From: Schizochytrium sp. TIO01
Taxonomy: Eukaryota; Protista; Bigyra: Labyrinthulomycetes
Direction of reading: 5' to 3'
Assembly (NCBI GenBank): GCA_004764695.1
Contig: SMSO01000037.1
Span: 2,766,747-2,830,746, forward strand
DNA: 64,000 nucleotides
Part shown: one piece after another, positions 46,940 through 60,910 of the stretch
Layout: the number at the start of each line of letters is the position of its first letter
How positions within the stretch are numbered: position 1 is the stretch's first letter
Notes under the pieces: model-generated
The model's database searches: none
Told to the model about the DNA's origin: nothing
The model's input: the letters and a program-made list of their open reading frames with translations, nothing else
Translations under genes and position numbers: made by a program

Positions 46940-48020
46940 TTTGGCGTTGGTCTACTACTTCTCGTCTGCTGTCGCTGTTGTTGACAGTTAATCAATTCCG
47001 AAGCTTTCTTCTCGTCCACGCTGCTTTACTGACTGACACTAGAATCGCTCAACAAGTTGTTCGAGTCTAGGGCTCGCTGACAACAAGAGGGGTCTGCACC
47101 CTCGTTAGCCCCCGCACTCGCTGATTGGTTGATTGATGGACTGATTTGATTATCTTCGGGTCGTCGTTGCTGTCGCTGGTCTTGTTGTTGTCGCCGCCTG
47201 GGCGAGTTTCGGTTTTGCTGGTCTGCTGGATGCGTTCGCGTGGCGGATTTGGCTGCGGTTGATCTTGATCTGTAGCCACGCCTTGGACCTGTCTGGAGAG
47301 AGAACTGCCACGTTCTAGGAAGCACGCTCTGCCATCTAACAACTAGCTATAGCTAGCACATTAGTCAGACCAGTTCTTTACTTATATTAAATTTATTTTA
47401 AAAAAAAAAAAAAAAAAAAAGGGAAAGAAGGAAGTTTGAAAAACTTACTCACTTATTGTATGTCTATCTGAGTTATAAACTTATTTAAAGAACTTATTTT
47501 TTTTATTTTAAAAAAAAAATAGCAAAGAAAGAGAGAAAAACCTTCTTTAAAAGTACAACAAGCACCAAGGTTTTACAAACATCAAATCAACCATCAGGAA
47601 GAAGAAGAAGAAGAAGAAGAAGAAGTCCATTATCCACCTCGTCGCAAATTACTTGCAGACTTTCTCCGACGCTTTTCTTCTGATTGGCGTGCGCCCTTCG
47701 GCCCCTCTCCAGACATAGAAGAGGTCGCCGTCGAGAGACGCTCAGTAAGCAAGCAGCCATATGCTCAGCTTTTGCTAAAAGAAAGATGCTGCAGCAGCAA
47801 GTCTTCGTGACTAATCCATCAATCTTACAGCATCCTCTCAAAACCGCCACTGTTAGGAACTTTATTTCGTACTTCAGTAGGTACTTTCCCACCTCCCTAT
47901 TCCAAGTACCCATTAAGCTCTCCCTGCTCATCTTTCTAGCCCTTATCAGTTTCCAATCGGGTCCTTCACTTTGTTGCACAAGTTTCTTTATCCAAAAGCA
48001 AATTCCATTGTGTTTTTTAC

Positions 48021-48055
<35 letters not shown>

Positions 48056-48326
48056 TTCTTATCTTTTTTTAAATGTCAAATTGAAAACATGTATATTCTG
48101 CTTATTCGCCTATCTTCTATCTTCTTCGACGCAAACCTCTGAAAAAGAAGCAAATCGCCGTTTCGCTCTCTCTCTCTCTCTCTCTCTCAAATCCAACAGT
48201 GCGAGACTGCTTATTGCAATAAAAGAAAGCGCGAGCGGCTCTCAAAGACGATCTGCATCTGCTGCCTCCCTATTTCCGCCTATTTCCGCCTGTTTCTGCC
48301 TATTTCTGCTCTCCACAGACACAGAC

Positions 48327-48361
<35 letters not shown>

Positions 48362-49438
48362 CTGGAGGCCGGGTATTCTGATTTTGCGCCAATCAGCGCC
48401 AATCGCGTCGGCCTGAGGCGGAAGGAAGAGGGCGCGAGCGTGCTTGGATTCATTCGCCCACCTGCAGCAGCTCAGGGGTCCCGAGAGCGGCGCAGCAGTG
48501 AGTGAGTGGGTAAGTAAGTAAGAAAGTGAGGAAGTGAATGAGAGGCGTAGGCACCGAGGTACCCAGGGTACCTCCATTCCCTGTCTCACTCATCGCGAGA
48601 GAAACTCGCGATGATACTCGGGTTACAGTTTACCGTAGCTATGCAGTAGCGCTAGTTTCTTTGTTTCTTTAAAGTTCTTTTGATTCAAGCTCTTTCTTTG
48701 TTTGTTATCACTAACCTTTCTCTGCTTCGCTTGGGAATACTAACTCGAGCGCTCAAATGCACACGAGTTTCGCTCTTCTCTTTCAGAGTATAGCGTTGTA
48801 AGAGAGGATTGGATCACTGTTTGCCTCTAGAGCTAGAAAACCTAGAAAATAAACAAAATCATGGAGGTGCGTGTATGTATGCATGCATGTATGTAAATGT
48901 ATGATTGATATTGATAGTCAGGTCAGTGAGCGGAGAGAGAACTCTCAGAGGGGCTTCTTTCGCAGGGCCCTCAGGAGACAGAGAGTCAGTAAATGACAAA
49001 CAGACTACTGTCACCTTCGCCAAGGGCCTTCAGATGCTAGGGAGCTGTCGCTATCTCTTTAATTATGGATGGTTTTCCAATTTGATTGTCGTGCTTCGTT
49101 TTTCACTAGCTAGAGACGCTGGAAAGCATTGTCTAAAAGCTCGCGTGCAAAACTATACGCACGATAACAATATGCCAATTCATGCATAGAGCTAGCTGCC
49201 TAAGTGCTGCCACCAGCAGCTGCAAAACCGCCTGCCCGTTCTCCGCTCACTTTCAAAGGAAGAAGAAGGAAACGAGAGTAAAGTCCAATCATAAGTTATA
49301 CATTTCATTCGTTCGTTCATTCGTTCGTTCATTCATTCATTAATCCATTCGTGGAAATAAAAACCGAAAGAAGAAAGGATGCGATTTCAACGTGTGTGAG
49401 ATCATCAATAAACCTGTGCCGTCTCCTTGAGAACGAAG

Positions 49439-49483
49439 GTCAGTCAGTCAGTCAGTCAGTCAGTCAGTCAGTCAGTCAGTCAG
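49439..49483. repeat. (CAGT)n microsatellite
   Basis: About 11 tandem copies. Confidence 0.9.
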
Positions 49484-51266
49484 AGCCCTTCAGCATTCGC
49501 TCCACTTCCACCGCACTCGTCGCATCGTAGTACGTGACTGACTCAACTGCATCCCACCATACCTTCTCGTTTCGACAGCCACAGCCAGTCTTGAGCCAGG
49601 GCGTCTCGTTCGAGCTGGGAGGGCGCCTGCTTGAGGCCGACTTGCCAAAGCAGCCAAACTAAGTCATCACATGCATCCATGCAAAAGATGCAAAAGGAAC
49701 CTCGCACTTTTTGCCAACTCCTCAGGCAGGAGCAGACAGACCCAGCACCCCTTGTCCGCTTTTTCCGCACGTTCATTATATATATATATATACATATTGA
49801 TTTTTAATTAATTATTTAATTATTTTTAAAATTATAGTTTTTATTATTTCATTTTATATTTTATTTTATTTTATTTTTCGACTAAAATAGAGAAATAAAT
49901 GGATAAATAAATGTAAACCTACACGAAAATTCCACAAGAGCAAGGGTCAACCTCCTGCGAGCCTCCTCCTCAAAGACAAAGGAAACGGAAGAAGGCTTTC
50001 ATTTTAGAACAGAAAAGCAGAAACAAAAAAAAAAAGGCGAGGAAAAAAAGAGGGGGAAAAGAGAAAAGAATTGAAGACTACAACAACACTAATGAAGGGT
50101 AGACAGTAAGGGGCTTCCTAGCGCTTTTGGGATAGAAAAGAAATTGCAATGCGATGCGCTGCTCAGCTGCAAACAAACCAACCAAGCCCTCGCCGCGATG
50201 CGGCATCTCCACTCTGCGCAACGCCGGTTGGAGCCACCGGCCATGTGGCAGCACGCACCCTTCTCTTCGCTCCGCAGAAGGATCTTGGACTGGCTGCGCC
50301 TTTCTTTATAAATATATAAATATATAAATATATATTTATATATATTTATAATAGAGAGAGAGAGACAGCCTTGCTCCCTTCTAAGCTGCCGTTGTAAGGC
50401 AATTTGCAGCAATTTGCGGCAATTTGCGGCAATTGCAAGCGCAGCAGCGCTAGTCTTGAGGCCCGTCGCAGCTCGAGGCCGTGCAAGCAACATCGCCAGG
50501 ACAGGGCCAGCCAGCATCGGCAGCGGCGGCGGCGAAGGCGACACCAGAGACTGCCGCGGCGAGAGGCGACCGCGGCACTTACAGGCTCACAGAGGTGCCC
50601 GAAACCCCCAGAAACGAAACCCCTTTCCTGGGAAGCATATCCGTTCCCAACGAGAGAAGCAAAAGCACATGAGCAGTGTCCACTTGGGATGGGCGGATCT
50701 TCTGGCTTGAGTTTCCTCCCGCGCCGGAGCTGAAGGCTTTGGCCGCCTCGTCCCCTCTGGCTGCCTGCAGCTACTCGAGAGTGCCTGCCTGCATTGGTTT
50801 GGCACCAGCCGCTGCGCTGTAATCCCGCCGAGACTGCGGTCCTAAGGTCTCGTTTCAAATCGCTCAGGCAGACAACGGAGGAGCATTTGGACGATGCCGC
50901 CGCACTCGAGGAAGTCAATCAATCAACCAATCGATCGATCGATCGATCGATCGATGGATCGCCCGTCGTCCCTTCGGGAGCCCTCGGCGGTTTCCTTCGC
51001 TCCCCGCTCGTCTTCGAGGCTCCGCGTCGCGCAGCTCCAGGTCCCGGAGCGAGCGAGTTCGCGCCGTCGTCGTTCGCAGCGACGGCGCCTTCGATCGAAG
51101 GCGTGTTTCCCTGGAGCTGCTCGCCTCGAGAGACCGGCGTCACTTGCGCATCATCACGAGCGGCGCCGCGCATGAGTTGTTGAGGCGTGGCTGCGTGCAT
51201 GTCTTGCGGTGGTGATGCCTCTGCGAAGGCAGGAGCAGAGCAGATCACACCTGTTTCGCAATGGCG

Positions 51267-51267
<1 letters not shown>

Positions 51268-51312
<45 letters not shown>

Positions 51313-51366
51313 ATGGTGGTGGTGGTGGTGGTGACGATGGCGGTGGTGGTGATGATGGTGGTGGTG
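51268..51366. repeat. (CTG)15 followed by an imperfect (GTG/ATG)n trinucleotide tract
   Basis: 45 nt of perfect CTG, then atggtggtggtg... Confidence 0.9.
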
Positions 51367-52661
51367 CCCTTGACGCCCATTCACGCCTGAGCTGCAGAGA
51401 GAAGACGGTACACGAGCCAAGCCGTCGAAATCAAGCACGGCCAGACTAAGGAGGGGGTCCTTGTGGCCACCGTTTCCGGCACTCTGCCGCAGACGGTGCA
51501 AACTTCGTTGACGTTGCAGACACCGTCGTCGCTCAGGCACGAGCAAAGCTGCGATCGGCTCGCTCGCTCACCCTTTGCCTTTCGCCTTCTGCCTCGTCCC
51601 TGTCTTCGAGCTCGTGCATGAATCAATGCAATACAATGCAATGCAAGGCAAGACAAGGCAAGGCAAGGGGACGCATCGTTATCGTCCCAGCCTGCCAGAA
51701 CCCAAGTTTGTTCCTCCTCCTCCTCTCTAGGATACGCTCATTGGCTTTGAGCCGGTTGCGTTTGCAATATTACAGTGCGCGTTGTGGACCCGCCGGGACA
51801 GGATACGATGGGAAAGGTTCCCTTTGGCGTGCTCAGGTGGAGAGAGGATGGCGGTGGCGAATGCTTCCGCGAGAGGGGTGCAGGTTTCCGTGTGTTTTAC
51901 GAATGGGAATCCTTCAAGTCACTTATACAACCAAGAACAAAAGTTTTATTATTAAAAAGAAAAGAAAAGAAGTTTAATTAAGTTTTTTTTTTTATTTAAA
52001 ATAAATTATTTTTTTTAAATTAAAAATAGAAATAAAACAAAAACATAGAACTAAAGCATATTCAATATATATATATATTTTAAAATAAAAAAGTTGTAAA
52101 GAAGAAGAAGAAAAGGGCCACAAGACGCGGTGTATGAATGTATGCATGTATGCATGTATATGAAGAAGAGAAAGAGGAGGAAAGAGGAAGAAAGAGGGAA
52201 AATACGGTAAAACGAGCTTCATAAAACAAATAAAAACCAACCCTCGAAAGTCTGTCTCTGCAGAAGATACGAATGCAGTGCAGATGCGAGGCTTTCTGAC
52301 GGTGCTCGCGTCTCCTTCAAGGTGTTTCCTCTCCTTTGGAACTGGCTTCGCTCGAGGATATACCCATTAGCTAGTTCAGCTTCGAGGGTGGCGTGTGCAT
52401 CATCTCTGAAGGCCATGTCGAAGGTTCCAAACCCTCGATTCGGCGCCCTCGAAAGTCTCAAGTTGGCATCAGTTGGACCAGCAGAAATGCAAAGATAGGC
52501 GTGGCTGCGATGACTTCTCTCTCCGCTCATTCAGCCATTTTCACAGACAGGCCACGAGCGCAGCAAAGCAAAAACATGATCCCAGAGGACGGCATATCTA
52601 ACCTTTCCATTGGTTTATCAGTTTTTGTTTCACCTTCGTTTCAAGCTGTTTATTAATTTTC

Positions 52662-52749
52662 GTTTGTTTGTTTGTTTGTTTGTTTGTTTGTTTGTTTATT
52701 TGTTTGTTTATTTGTTTATTTGTTTGTTTGTTTGTTTGTCTGTTTGTTT
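52662..52749. repeat. Imperfect (GTTT)n microsatellite
   Basis: gtttgtttg... with ATTT variants. Confidence 0.9.
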
Positions 52750-54531
52750 CTCTCCTCGTTTCTTCACCTTTTCAAGAAAACGAAAACCACGCTTAAGACA
52801 GGAAAAAGGCAGCCGCGCGGCCGACCGATCTTGTGATGATGCAAGCCGCAAGCCTCAAAGACGGCACCCTCCGAGCCCATAAAGGCCCTCCGCCGACGAC
52901 GGCGGTGCATGCATCGCCGCGCTTTGATCGAGTTCTTGCGCCGCTGCAACCAATGACTCAATAGTCGATAGCTAATTCAGACCTTGCGAGCTTGCTGTCG
53001 GTCACTCCGCTCTTCTCCCATCCCAGTGACCTCTGCTTTGCGTCCCTCTGAGTTTGTTTCCCGCTTTATTTGCGTCATCTTCCTTAGGAAAGAACTGAGG
53101 ATGATCAATTAGAGAGAGAGCCTCTCTCTCTCTCTCTCTCTCTCAGGGAGTGCTCCTTTCTCTGGTCTGAGCTTGCGCAACGATCTGTCTCCGTCTCTTA
53201 GAGACCTTCTTCTGATGTTGACTCTCTCTGTCTCTCTCTGTTTGTTTGTTTGTTTGTTTGTCTGTCTCTCTGTCTCTATCTTTCCATCTGACTGATACGT
53301 GTAGGCACTTACCTACCTGCCTGCCTATGGCTGCCTACTTCTTCTCTCGCCGAAAGGCCACGAGCTTGCGAGTGCATTGCTCAAGGAGGGGGGACCTCCA
53401 CAGAGTGAAATCTGCCGCCCCCGCTGCGAAAGAGGCGCCGCATTCCACCCTCGGCGTGTGATGTCAACTCGCCGGTCTTCACTGGCGCCCTTGAGTTCTT
53501 TTCTTCGCTGTCCTCAGCCTTCTTTTCCACTTGGGGCTAGTAGCAAGTGCCTAGGTAGTTGTAGGTAGTTTTAGATTTATTGTTATTTTTTTTTTATTGT
53601 TATTTTAAAGAAAGAAAAAAAGTTTAAATCGTAATAACATATTTAAAAAGAAACAGAAAAAGCAAAAGGAAACATTTGGTTTGAAAAAAATAAAAAAGTT
53701 TATGAAAATTACAAATTGTAGGTTTGAAGTTCAAAGCTTAACCTCAAGTTCAAAATCTACTGCTGGATTCTGATTCCTGGAATGAAGATGAAAATTGTGG
53801 CCTTTTCGAGTTCAATCTTTGTCCTCAATAAATCAACCAATACATCCATCCATCCATCAATCAACTAATCCATCAACCAAAGGGCGGAGAATGCCATGCT
53901 TTCCGCTCGCAGTGCATCGACCGCCGGTGCATCTTTCGTCGCTCCGTCCTTGGGCTCCTCTCATGAGTTCCTTCTTTCTTCTTAATCGATCAGAAGCAAA
54001 CACACCTTCTTTTTCCCTTCAACTTCGCTTGAACGAACGAACGAATGAATGAATGAATAAGTGAACAAGTCAACAAGTACACCAACATCTTTTTCTCTTT
54101 CTCCAAACTCCATCATATTTCAACTCCTTCGCTCACAAATGGGACCGGCTGAGTAATACATACCTACTGCCCTCTACCTGTCTGCTCCGCAGCGGCTTTG
54201 TATCCTAGCTTTAGCACTGCTGAGCGGGAAAGCGGAGATCATTACTTCCCTCGAGCTTTCCCAGTTTCTCCAGTCAACTGCATAAGAAAACCGCCACCTG
54301 CTTAATCCTAGGAAATATAATTCATCAATTGGTCCTTCGTATCCACCCAGACCTATCCCTTCGAAGGCCACGGGAAGCATCCCTCTGAAAAAGCGCGGCT
54401 TGAGCCACCTGACTGACACTGGCACGCCAGCTCAGCTCAGATCGGCCCTGCGTTTGCCGCTGCTGGGCCCGCCACAAGTGCAGCGCCTCGACTTTTGCTT
54501 CTTCCTTACGCATCACGTGCGCGTGAACGTA

Positions 54532-54636
54532 CGAATGAAATGAATGAAAATGAATGAAATGAATGAAATGAATGAAATGAATGAAATGAATGAATGAATG
54601 AATGAATGAATGAATGAATGAATGAATGAATGAATG
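54532..54636. repeat. (GAAT/GAAAT)n microsatellite
   Basis: 9-bp GAATGAAAT units grading into a pure GAAT run. Confidence 0.9.
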
Positions 54637-55848
54637 AGTGTGCGAAGGCAGTCGTAGTAGTATCATGTACGGGTCCTTGCAGAACCCGAGTCGGCTGAGG
54701 GCTCTTTGGGGAATGGAGAAGAAGAGGGCCGCCGCGCCTCGAAGAAGAATCTAGCTTTCAGCGGCGCTTCGTGTTGGTTGGCAAGTGCCGAGTCGGCCAG
54801 AAGAGGCGGAAAGGGCGGATCCAGCTGACCCCGACTGCGTTCGGCCTTCAACCGCCGCTCATGCGCGCCGAATTGCGTCCAATCGAACTTGATTCAGAGC
54901 CCGAGCGAGAAAGCTGTCCTTCAAGCACTCAAGCGAGCAATCCATCAATCAATCAAACAAACAAGCGAACAAGCGAACTCACCTGAAATTGCGTTGCGCA
55001 GATCCACCCAGCGCTACTGCAGACGCAGTACCTCACTCTGCGGCAGCTCGGGGTCCCTTCAGACAGACAGGTATTCGTACATACGGACATACGGACAGAC
55101 AGACAGAGCCTTCTGCGAGGTCTTGGGAAGAGGAAGCTTCAAGTAGATCTTGCCTTCCGCTGCTGCTAGCGCGGTCTTTGGCTGGCCAGGCCTCCGTAGC
55201 AACAGCGGAAGGCGAGCTTGGTTCTTGGAGTGAGGAGTGGGTTGCCCAAGGCGCCGTTCTTTGTGCCGTTCTTTGTGCCGTTCTTCTCAGTCCCTTCTGA
55301 TCCTACGGATCATCCCAATTCTCGTTCTGACGGCGGTTTCGCAGAACTCGTACAGAACGAATAGCTGGCTCGCTAGGCTTCCGGCGCTAGGACCTGCTAG
55401 GGCGTCGCGCCGCGCCGGCCGGTCCCAAACCCATTCACTCCTCACGTCGTCGTCCTCACTCATTCACTTATAGTCACTTATAGTCACTTATACTCAATTA
55501 TACTCACTCATAATCACTCACTCAGTCGGATGCAAAGAAGCTTTGACTTTTCATAGGATCTTCTAGTTCTTTTTTAATTGTTTAATTAGAATAACATAAA
55601 TTGTTCATAAACAAAAACGGCTGCTTGGGGCGCCATGAGGTGGCGTCGCTGGCACCTTCGTCCTCCCTCGTCCCTTCGCCTTCCGCTGCTTTCCTTTCGG
55701 TTCCTCCCTCCCGAGGTCTCCTCCTCCTCGTCCTCCCTCTCGGCGGCATTGTCGCTTGCTTGCTTGCTTGCTTGCTTGCTTGCGCTGAGAGCATTTGGGT
55801 TTCACAATCGGGCGGACTGCTCTCACTGTGCTATCGATCAGCGCACAC

Positions 55849-56283
<435 letters not shown>

Positions 56284-58672
56284 ACTCATCGCTGACGTCG
56301 CAGAGACCGCATCCCGAGCGCTCTCCCACCGTCTGTCTGTCTGTCTGTAAGTCTGTCAGTTTGGCTGGCTGGCTGGCTGGCTGACCGGGCGTTCTCTGAG
56401 AACTTGCAGCAGCAGCAGGAGGAGGAGGAGGAGGCGAAAGCCTGAACGATCGACGGATGCTCGGAAAGCAGCGGCGATCAGACGATCAGACGATCGATCG
56501 ATCCTCTACTAGGCGAGGCTAGACGATGGATACATGGATAGGCCGTTGGCAGGTCGGCCTTCCTGCAACGCCAGGAAAGAAAGACAGCACATGCGTGGGT
56601 TTCCCCCCCTCCTGGACCCCCGCAGAGGGCCCCACTGTGGGCAGGCTTGAGGAACTTGGGCGGGCGGAATTCAGACCGTCCGAGGCAGACCCGCCAGACT
56701 CCTAGGCTCGGGCTATGTAGCTACTAACTAACTGACTGACTGACTTCTGACTTTTGACTTTGGTTTCTTCTCAGATGGCCATGATAAATAAAAACGATAT
56801 TATGTTATAATAAAAGGGAAAGAAGAGAAGAAGTAATAAAATGAGAGAGAGAAACAAATTGTTGGCAATAAATCAGTAAAAAGAATGCAAATTCAGGATC
56901 TTTACAAGTAAAGATGTTGTTGATTTACCCATCTATAAGTGGAGGCTGTCAAGAGAAGAGTCTTTCTTTGTAAGTAACTTGAGGCCCGACGAAGCAAGGT
57001 GCAGCTAATAACCTGGAGGCGTGGTCGGTGCGTGGCCCAGATCAACCTAGCCTCGTGCGGCAAGCTAACTCTTGGGCAGGCGAAGAAGAGAGCTCTTGCT
57101 GCGTACACTGAATGGGGCTTGTTCTTCTCTAGAGGCTCTATCATCGTGATACTTTGTTTGTTTCTCAGAATCGAAGATTAGAACTGTATCTAGCTGCCTA
57201 CGTACTACCACGACAAGCTGTTTAACCGGTAAGAGTGCATGCACGGAGTGCTAGCACCTCTGAATCGCGCCACATAAGGGGCTCCGCGCTTATTTGCTAT
57301 GGATAGCAGCAGCCTCTGAAGCCATCGCCACGATGGAGGTGATGGATGATTAAAGCTTCTCCGTGCTTCCTTTCTCGCTTCCCTTGCTTGCTTGCTTGCT
57401 TGCTCAGAGGCAGGTCGGGCGAGTCGGCCAGCTCGCTTCACGCAGAGACTTCTTTGGTTTACAATTGTGCAATGTATTTTAAACAAACAAGAAGTACGTA
57501 AACAAAGAGGTAATTAAACTGGACCTTGACTTCGAATGATTGTTTTTCGATTGAAAGTTTTAATTACCTAGAAGAATTAAAAGCGAATGTTGAATTAAAA
57601 TTGGGAGATCAAATATGATAAACAAATACATACATATTTAAAAATAAAATATCATTTTAAAAAAAATTAAAAATTAAAAATCTTCACATAGTGTGCAGAG
57701 TGTGCGCCTCTGAGAGGTTTTCGAATCCTCCTTGTGAAGAGAATATCGTCTCTGTCGTTTGACACCTTGAAGAAGAGAAAGAGAGAGAAAGAGAGAGAAA
57801 GAGAAAAAAGAAGGACGGACTACTACCTACGGTAGTACATATTTCAACTTCGAGAGAGAGCCTGAAGTTTGACGGATTGCCTGTTCTGGAAGAGGAGGGG
57901 ATGGATGAGCCGGAGCACAGGTTATTCTGGCCTAGTTCGTATCCTGCTCCTTAAGGAAGGATGACAGTATCCGGGTTTGCTACTCGAGTACGACAGGAAG
58001 ATGCCTTTAAAAAAATAAAAATAGCAAGATTGACGCCGCTTTTCTTCTAAATAGTATTATTATATATAAATATATATATCTTTTAAGTGAAAAAGAGTTG
58101 TTCCATCGTCAAGATAACGAAGAATTGCAAGGTAAGCCAGGCTTGGCTCAGCGCTAGCCTCGAGCCAGTGTTGGATTGAGCAAATGATTGTTGCGCAGTA
58201 CTAGATGGCTGGCTGTAGGTAAATACAGAAAGAGATGGTATTGTGTGAGAAAGATATCATTCATATCATATTATATAAATTTAGAATCGATGTTGATTAT
58301 CATCATCGTTGGAGCACGACCTCACCATCAGCGACCGCGCTGTGAACAAATCCTCAGGTCTTGAATAAGGCAAACGTGCTGAAGGGGGAGGCATAACTCG
58401 CCGGTGAACAAAGTCAAACACTTGGCCGGTTCCTTACGCGCATGAGGGTTTGTTTTGTACAGCAGTGCGGAGGGAGCATTGGTTGGGCTCAACAGCACAG
58501 AGCTGCATTTGAAGGCGCACGACTTTCTTGCCGGTGATGAAAATCAATACCAGATCACAATGATATGTACACAAAACAGTCCTTTCCTTTCCTTTCCTTT
58601 GGTTAGCGAGTGCCATATATCTAGCCTACAGAGTTTCCCTGGCGCACAGCGGAGCATTAATGCAGCTACTTG

Positions 58673-60910
58673 TTAAACATCACCTGGGCGAACTGCTGCG
58701 TTGGCGGGCGGCTCCTCAGCAGGGGTTTCGGTCTCCTTGCGATGAATCCAGAACTCGCGATCCTGGTCCTTGAACCACACCTCAGCAATAATGAAAGCCA
58801 CATAAGAGACCACACCCAGACCACTCAAGTAAATCAGCGGGTAGAGACCAGGGAAGTCAGTAATAACACCCTCCCAGCAAACATTCAGGTCAGCCGTACC
58901 CATAGACTCGCAGGATGCTGCCTCTCCACGTGTGATGTTCTCGTAAATACCAGTGAAACGAGCAAATTCAGTAGCATCGTAGTAGAAAACATCTGGGTTC
59001 GAGGTAGTCTCATTGTACAGAGCTTGATCGCATTCAGCAGAACTCGGATTAGCACTGCATACAACCTGGTTCTCGTATCTGTTCATGTCTTGAATATAAA
59101 AATTGAAGTCAAAGCCAGGGCAACCAAAGTCCTGGTTAAAAAGCTCCGCAGCCGCCGTCGAGACGCCACGACCCTCAAGAGTAGCAACACTTACGCACCA
59201 TTCGCGCTGCACAGTGACAGTAGCAGAGTCGCCACGTCCACCGCCGCCCTGGCAAGTATCACCACGAGTTACAAGACCAAGGTCAACAAAACTTTGAGGG
59301 ACGATAGGGTTTGGCTCCGGGCTTTTGAAGGGTACATGCGCGCTAGGCTTTCCAGCAAACATAGGGCTAAGCTGACCGAGGGTGCATTTGGACGGCTTGT
59401 AGTAGAATGGAAAGTCTGCGCTCATCACACGACCCGAAGAGTTCGTCGCATCGTATGTCGGGCAAGTGTTTACGCCACAGTCGCAGGTGTTGATCGGGTT
59501 GCTTGGACTGTAGTCCAGTGGAACACAGCTCACATCAGGCACAAATGGCTCGATGTAGCCAGCGAATGATGTGCCGAAAATAACAATGCCCATCAGCTTG
59601 CTAAATGCCTCCGAACTACGCACTGCACCTGCAAGAGCACCCTTCTCTGTGGCAGGAACTTGTCCCACGATGAGTGCAAGCTCAGTAGGAACAACAGGGG
59701 CAGCAAAGAACGAGAGACCCACAGCAACGTAGGAGAGATTTGCAGTAGGAGCAAATGCAAAGCCAAAACCAACAATGATGGTCCAGATCATGCCAAAGTG
59801 AATGGCGTTTTTAAGTCCCATCAGCTTGACAAGAATCGGCGTAAGGAAGGCTGCACCAAAGGCTGAACCGAGCCACACAGCGACGATGAAAATAATAAAG
59901 ATGTTCACATCAGTTTGCATGTACCGGCGCAACCACCAGCCACCTGTTACAGACTCAAGTCCGCCAACAGCCATCCATGCGCAAGCTGCACTGATCCAAA
60001 GGCACAACAAGTACATATTGCGAGTTACAAGATGTACAAAACCGAAGGGATTTGCTTTGCGCCAGTCAACAAAAGTGCTGCGTTCCGTCTTTTTCAGAGA
60101 TTCAGGGAGAATGAAGAACATCAAGACTGTCACGCTTCCTGCAAAAGCAAAGCCTGTGCCATACGAAATATTAAAAAGTTTGTTGTAAGGCTCAAGAGCG
60201 GACTGGTTTTCATCCTCGGATGCACGGCCGCGGGTGGACTCGCTAATAAGGAGACTCAGCAAAGCACCGGAAAGAAGGCCCATGAAGTATCCGCAACCCT
60301 GGAGAATACCCATGTTGGTTGGCAGGCGATCCGGACGGCTGATATCAGAGATGTAGGCAATGCCATGGGGAGTTACAGGCGAGCTAGCGCCGAGAACCAT
60401 ACCAGCAAAGAGAAAGAGTCCGAGCTTTTGCGTCTGCCATCCAATCAGCAGCAACAATCCAGTTGTGGCATAGCCGGTAAGAGCGCCAAGGAGAAGAGGC
60501 TTGCGGCCCAAACGATCGCTAAGCGTACCAAGGAAGGAGCCCATGAGGAAGGTCATTGTGCGCAACAGTGAGAGTGTAAGCGTAAGCATGAGCTGGGATT
60601 CATCCGTCGGGGCAAAGCAGTCATCCTGAACCTCCGGATCGCATCCATTGCTTTGGTTTACGATAAGGTGAATTGAGATAGGCATGGCAATAAAGAGCAT
60701 CAAAATGTAGGAGGCACCAGCCGTAAATGTGCAGGATGCTGCCATAATGGCCTGCTTTTGCTGCTGGCGAAAGTCCTGCACTACAGACTGGCTAATGCTC
60801 CCGTTGTTCTTGCCCAATGACTTGCTTTCATTTACAGACATCGACTGGGCCGAGCCGACCTCAACGGGAACAGCTCGTTCATCGACCTTTTCCGAGCCGC
60901 TGCCAATCAT
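58673..60910 (-). CDS. MFS transporter (TetA/MFSD14-like) with large Cys-rich TM11-TM12 loop; paralog B (745 aa)
   Basis: Colinear with paralog A (GTLSDRLGRKP, AYISDISRPDRLPTNMGILQG, QVPATEKGALAGAVRSSEAFSK, CWEGVITDFPGLYP), with the same 12 loop cysteines. Confidence 0.9.
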   Translation of the reverse strand: MIGSGSEKVDERAVPVEVGSAQSMSVNESKSLGKNNGSISQSVVQDFRQQQKQAIMAASCTFTAGASYILMLFIAMPISIHLIVNQSNGCDPEVQDDCFAPTDESQLMLTLTLSLLRTMTFLMGSFLGTLSDRLGRKPLLLGALTGYATTGLLLLIGWQTQKLGLFLFAGMVLGASSPVTPHGIAYISDISRPDRLPTNMGILQGCGYFMGLLSGALLSLLISESTRGRASEDENQSALEPYNKLFNISYGTGFAFAGSVTVLMFFILPESLKKTERSTFVDWRKANPFGFVHLVTRNMYLLCLWISAACAWMAVGGLESVTGGWWLRRYMQTDVNIFIIFIVAVWLGSAFGAAFLTPILVKLMGLKNAIHFGMIWTIIVGFGFAFAPTANLSYVAVGLSFFAAPVVPTELALIVGQVPATEKGALAGAVRSSEAFSKLMGIVIFGTSFAGYIEPFVPDVSCVPLDYSPSNPINTCDCGVNTCPTYDATNSSGRVMSADFPFYYKPSKCTLGQLSPMFAGKPSAHVPFKSPEPNPIVPQSFVDLGLVTRGDTCQGGGGRGDSATVTVQREWCVSVATLEGRGVSTAAAELFNQDFGCPGFDFNFYIQDMNRYENQVVCSANPSSAECDQALYNETTSNPDVFYYDATEFARFTGIYENITRGEAASCESMGTADLNVCWEGVITDFPGLYPLIYLSGLGVVSYVAFIIAEVWFKDQDREFWIHRKETETPAEEPPANAAVRPGDV

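Noticed and set aside
50919-51546. polyQ/polyH, polyS/T, polyL and polyA ORFs
   Set aside because: All frames across the CTG/GTG microsatellite are open; no domain or consistent gene signal.
58670-60571. Long antisense ORFs over both MFS genes (also 44639-46681)
   Set aside because: Shadow frames caused by codon bias of the sense gene. Their break points differ between paralogs and most lack ATG starts.
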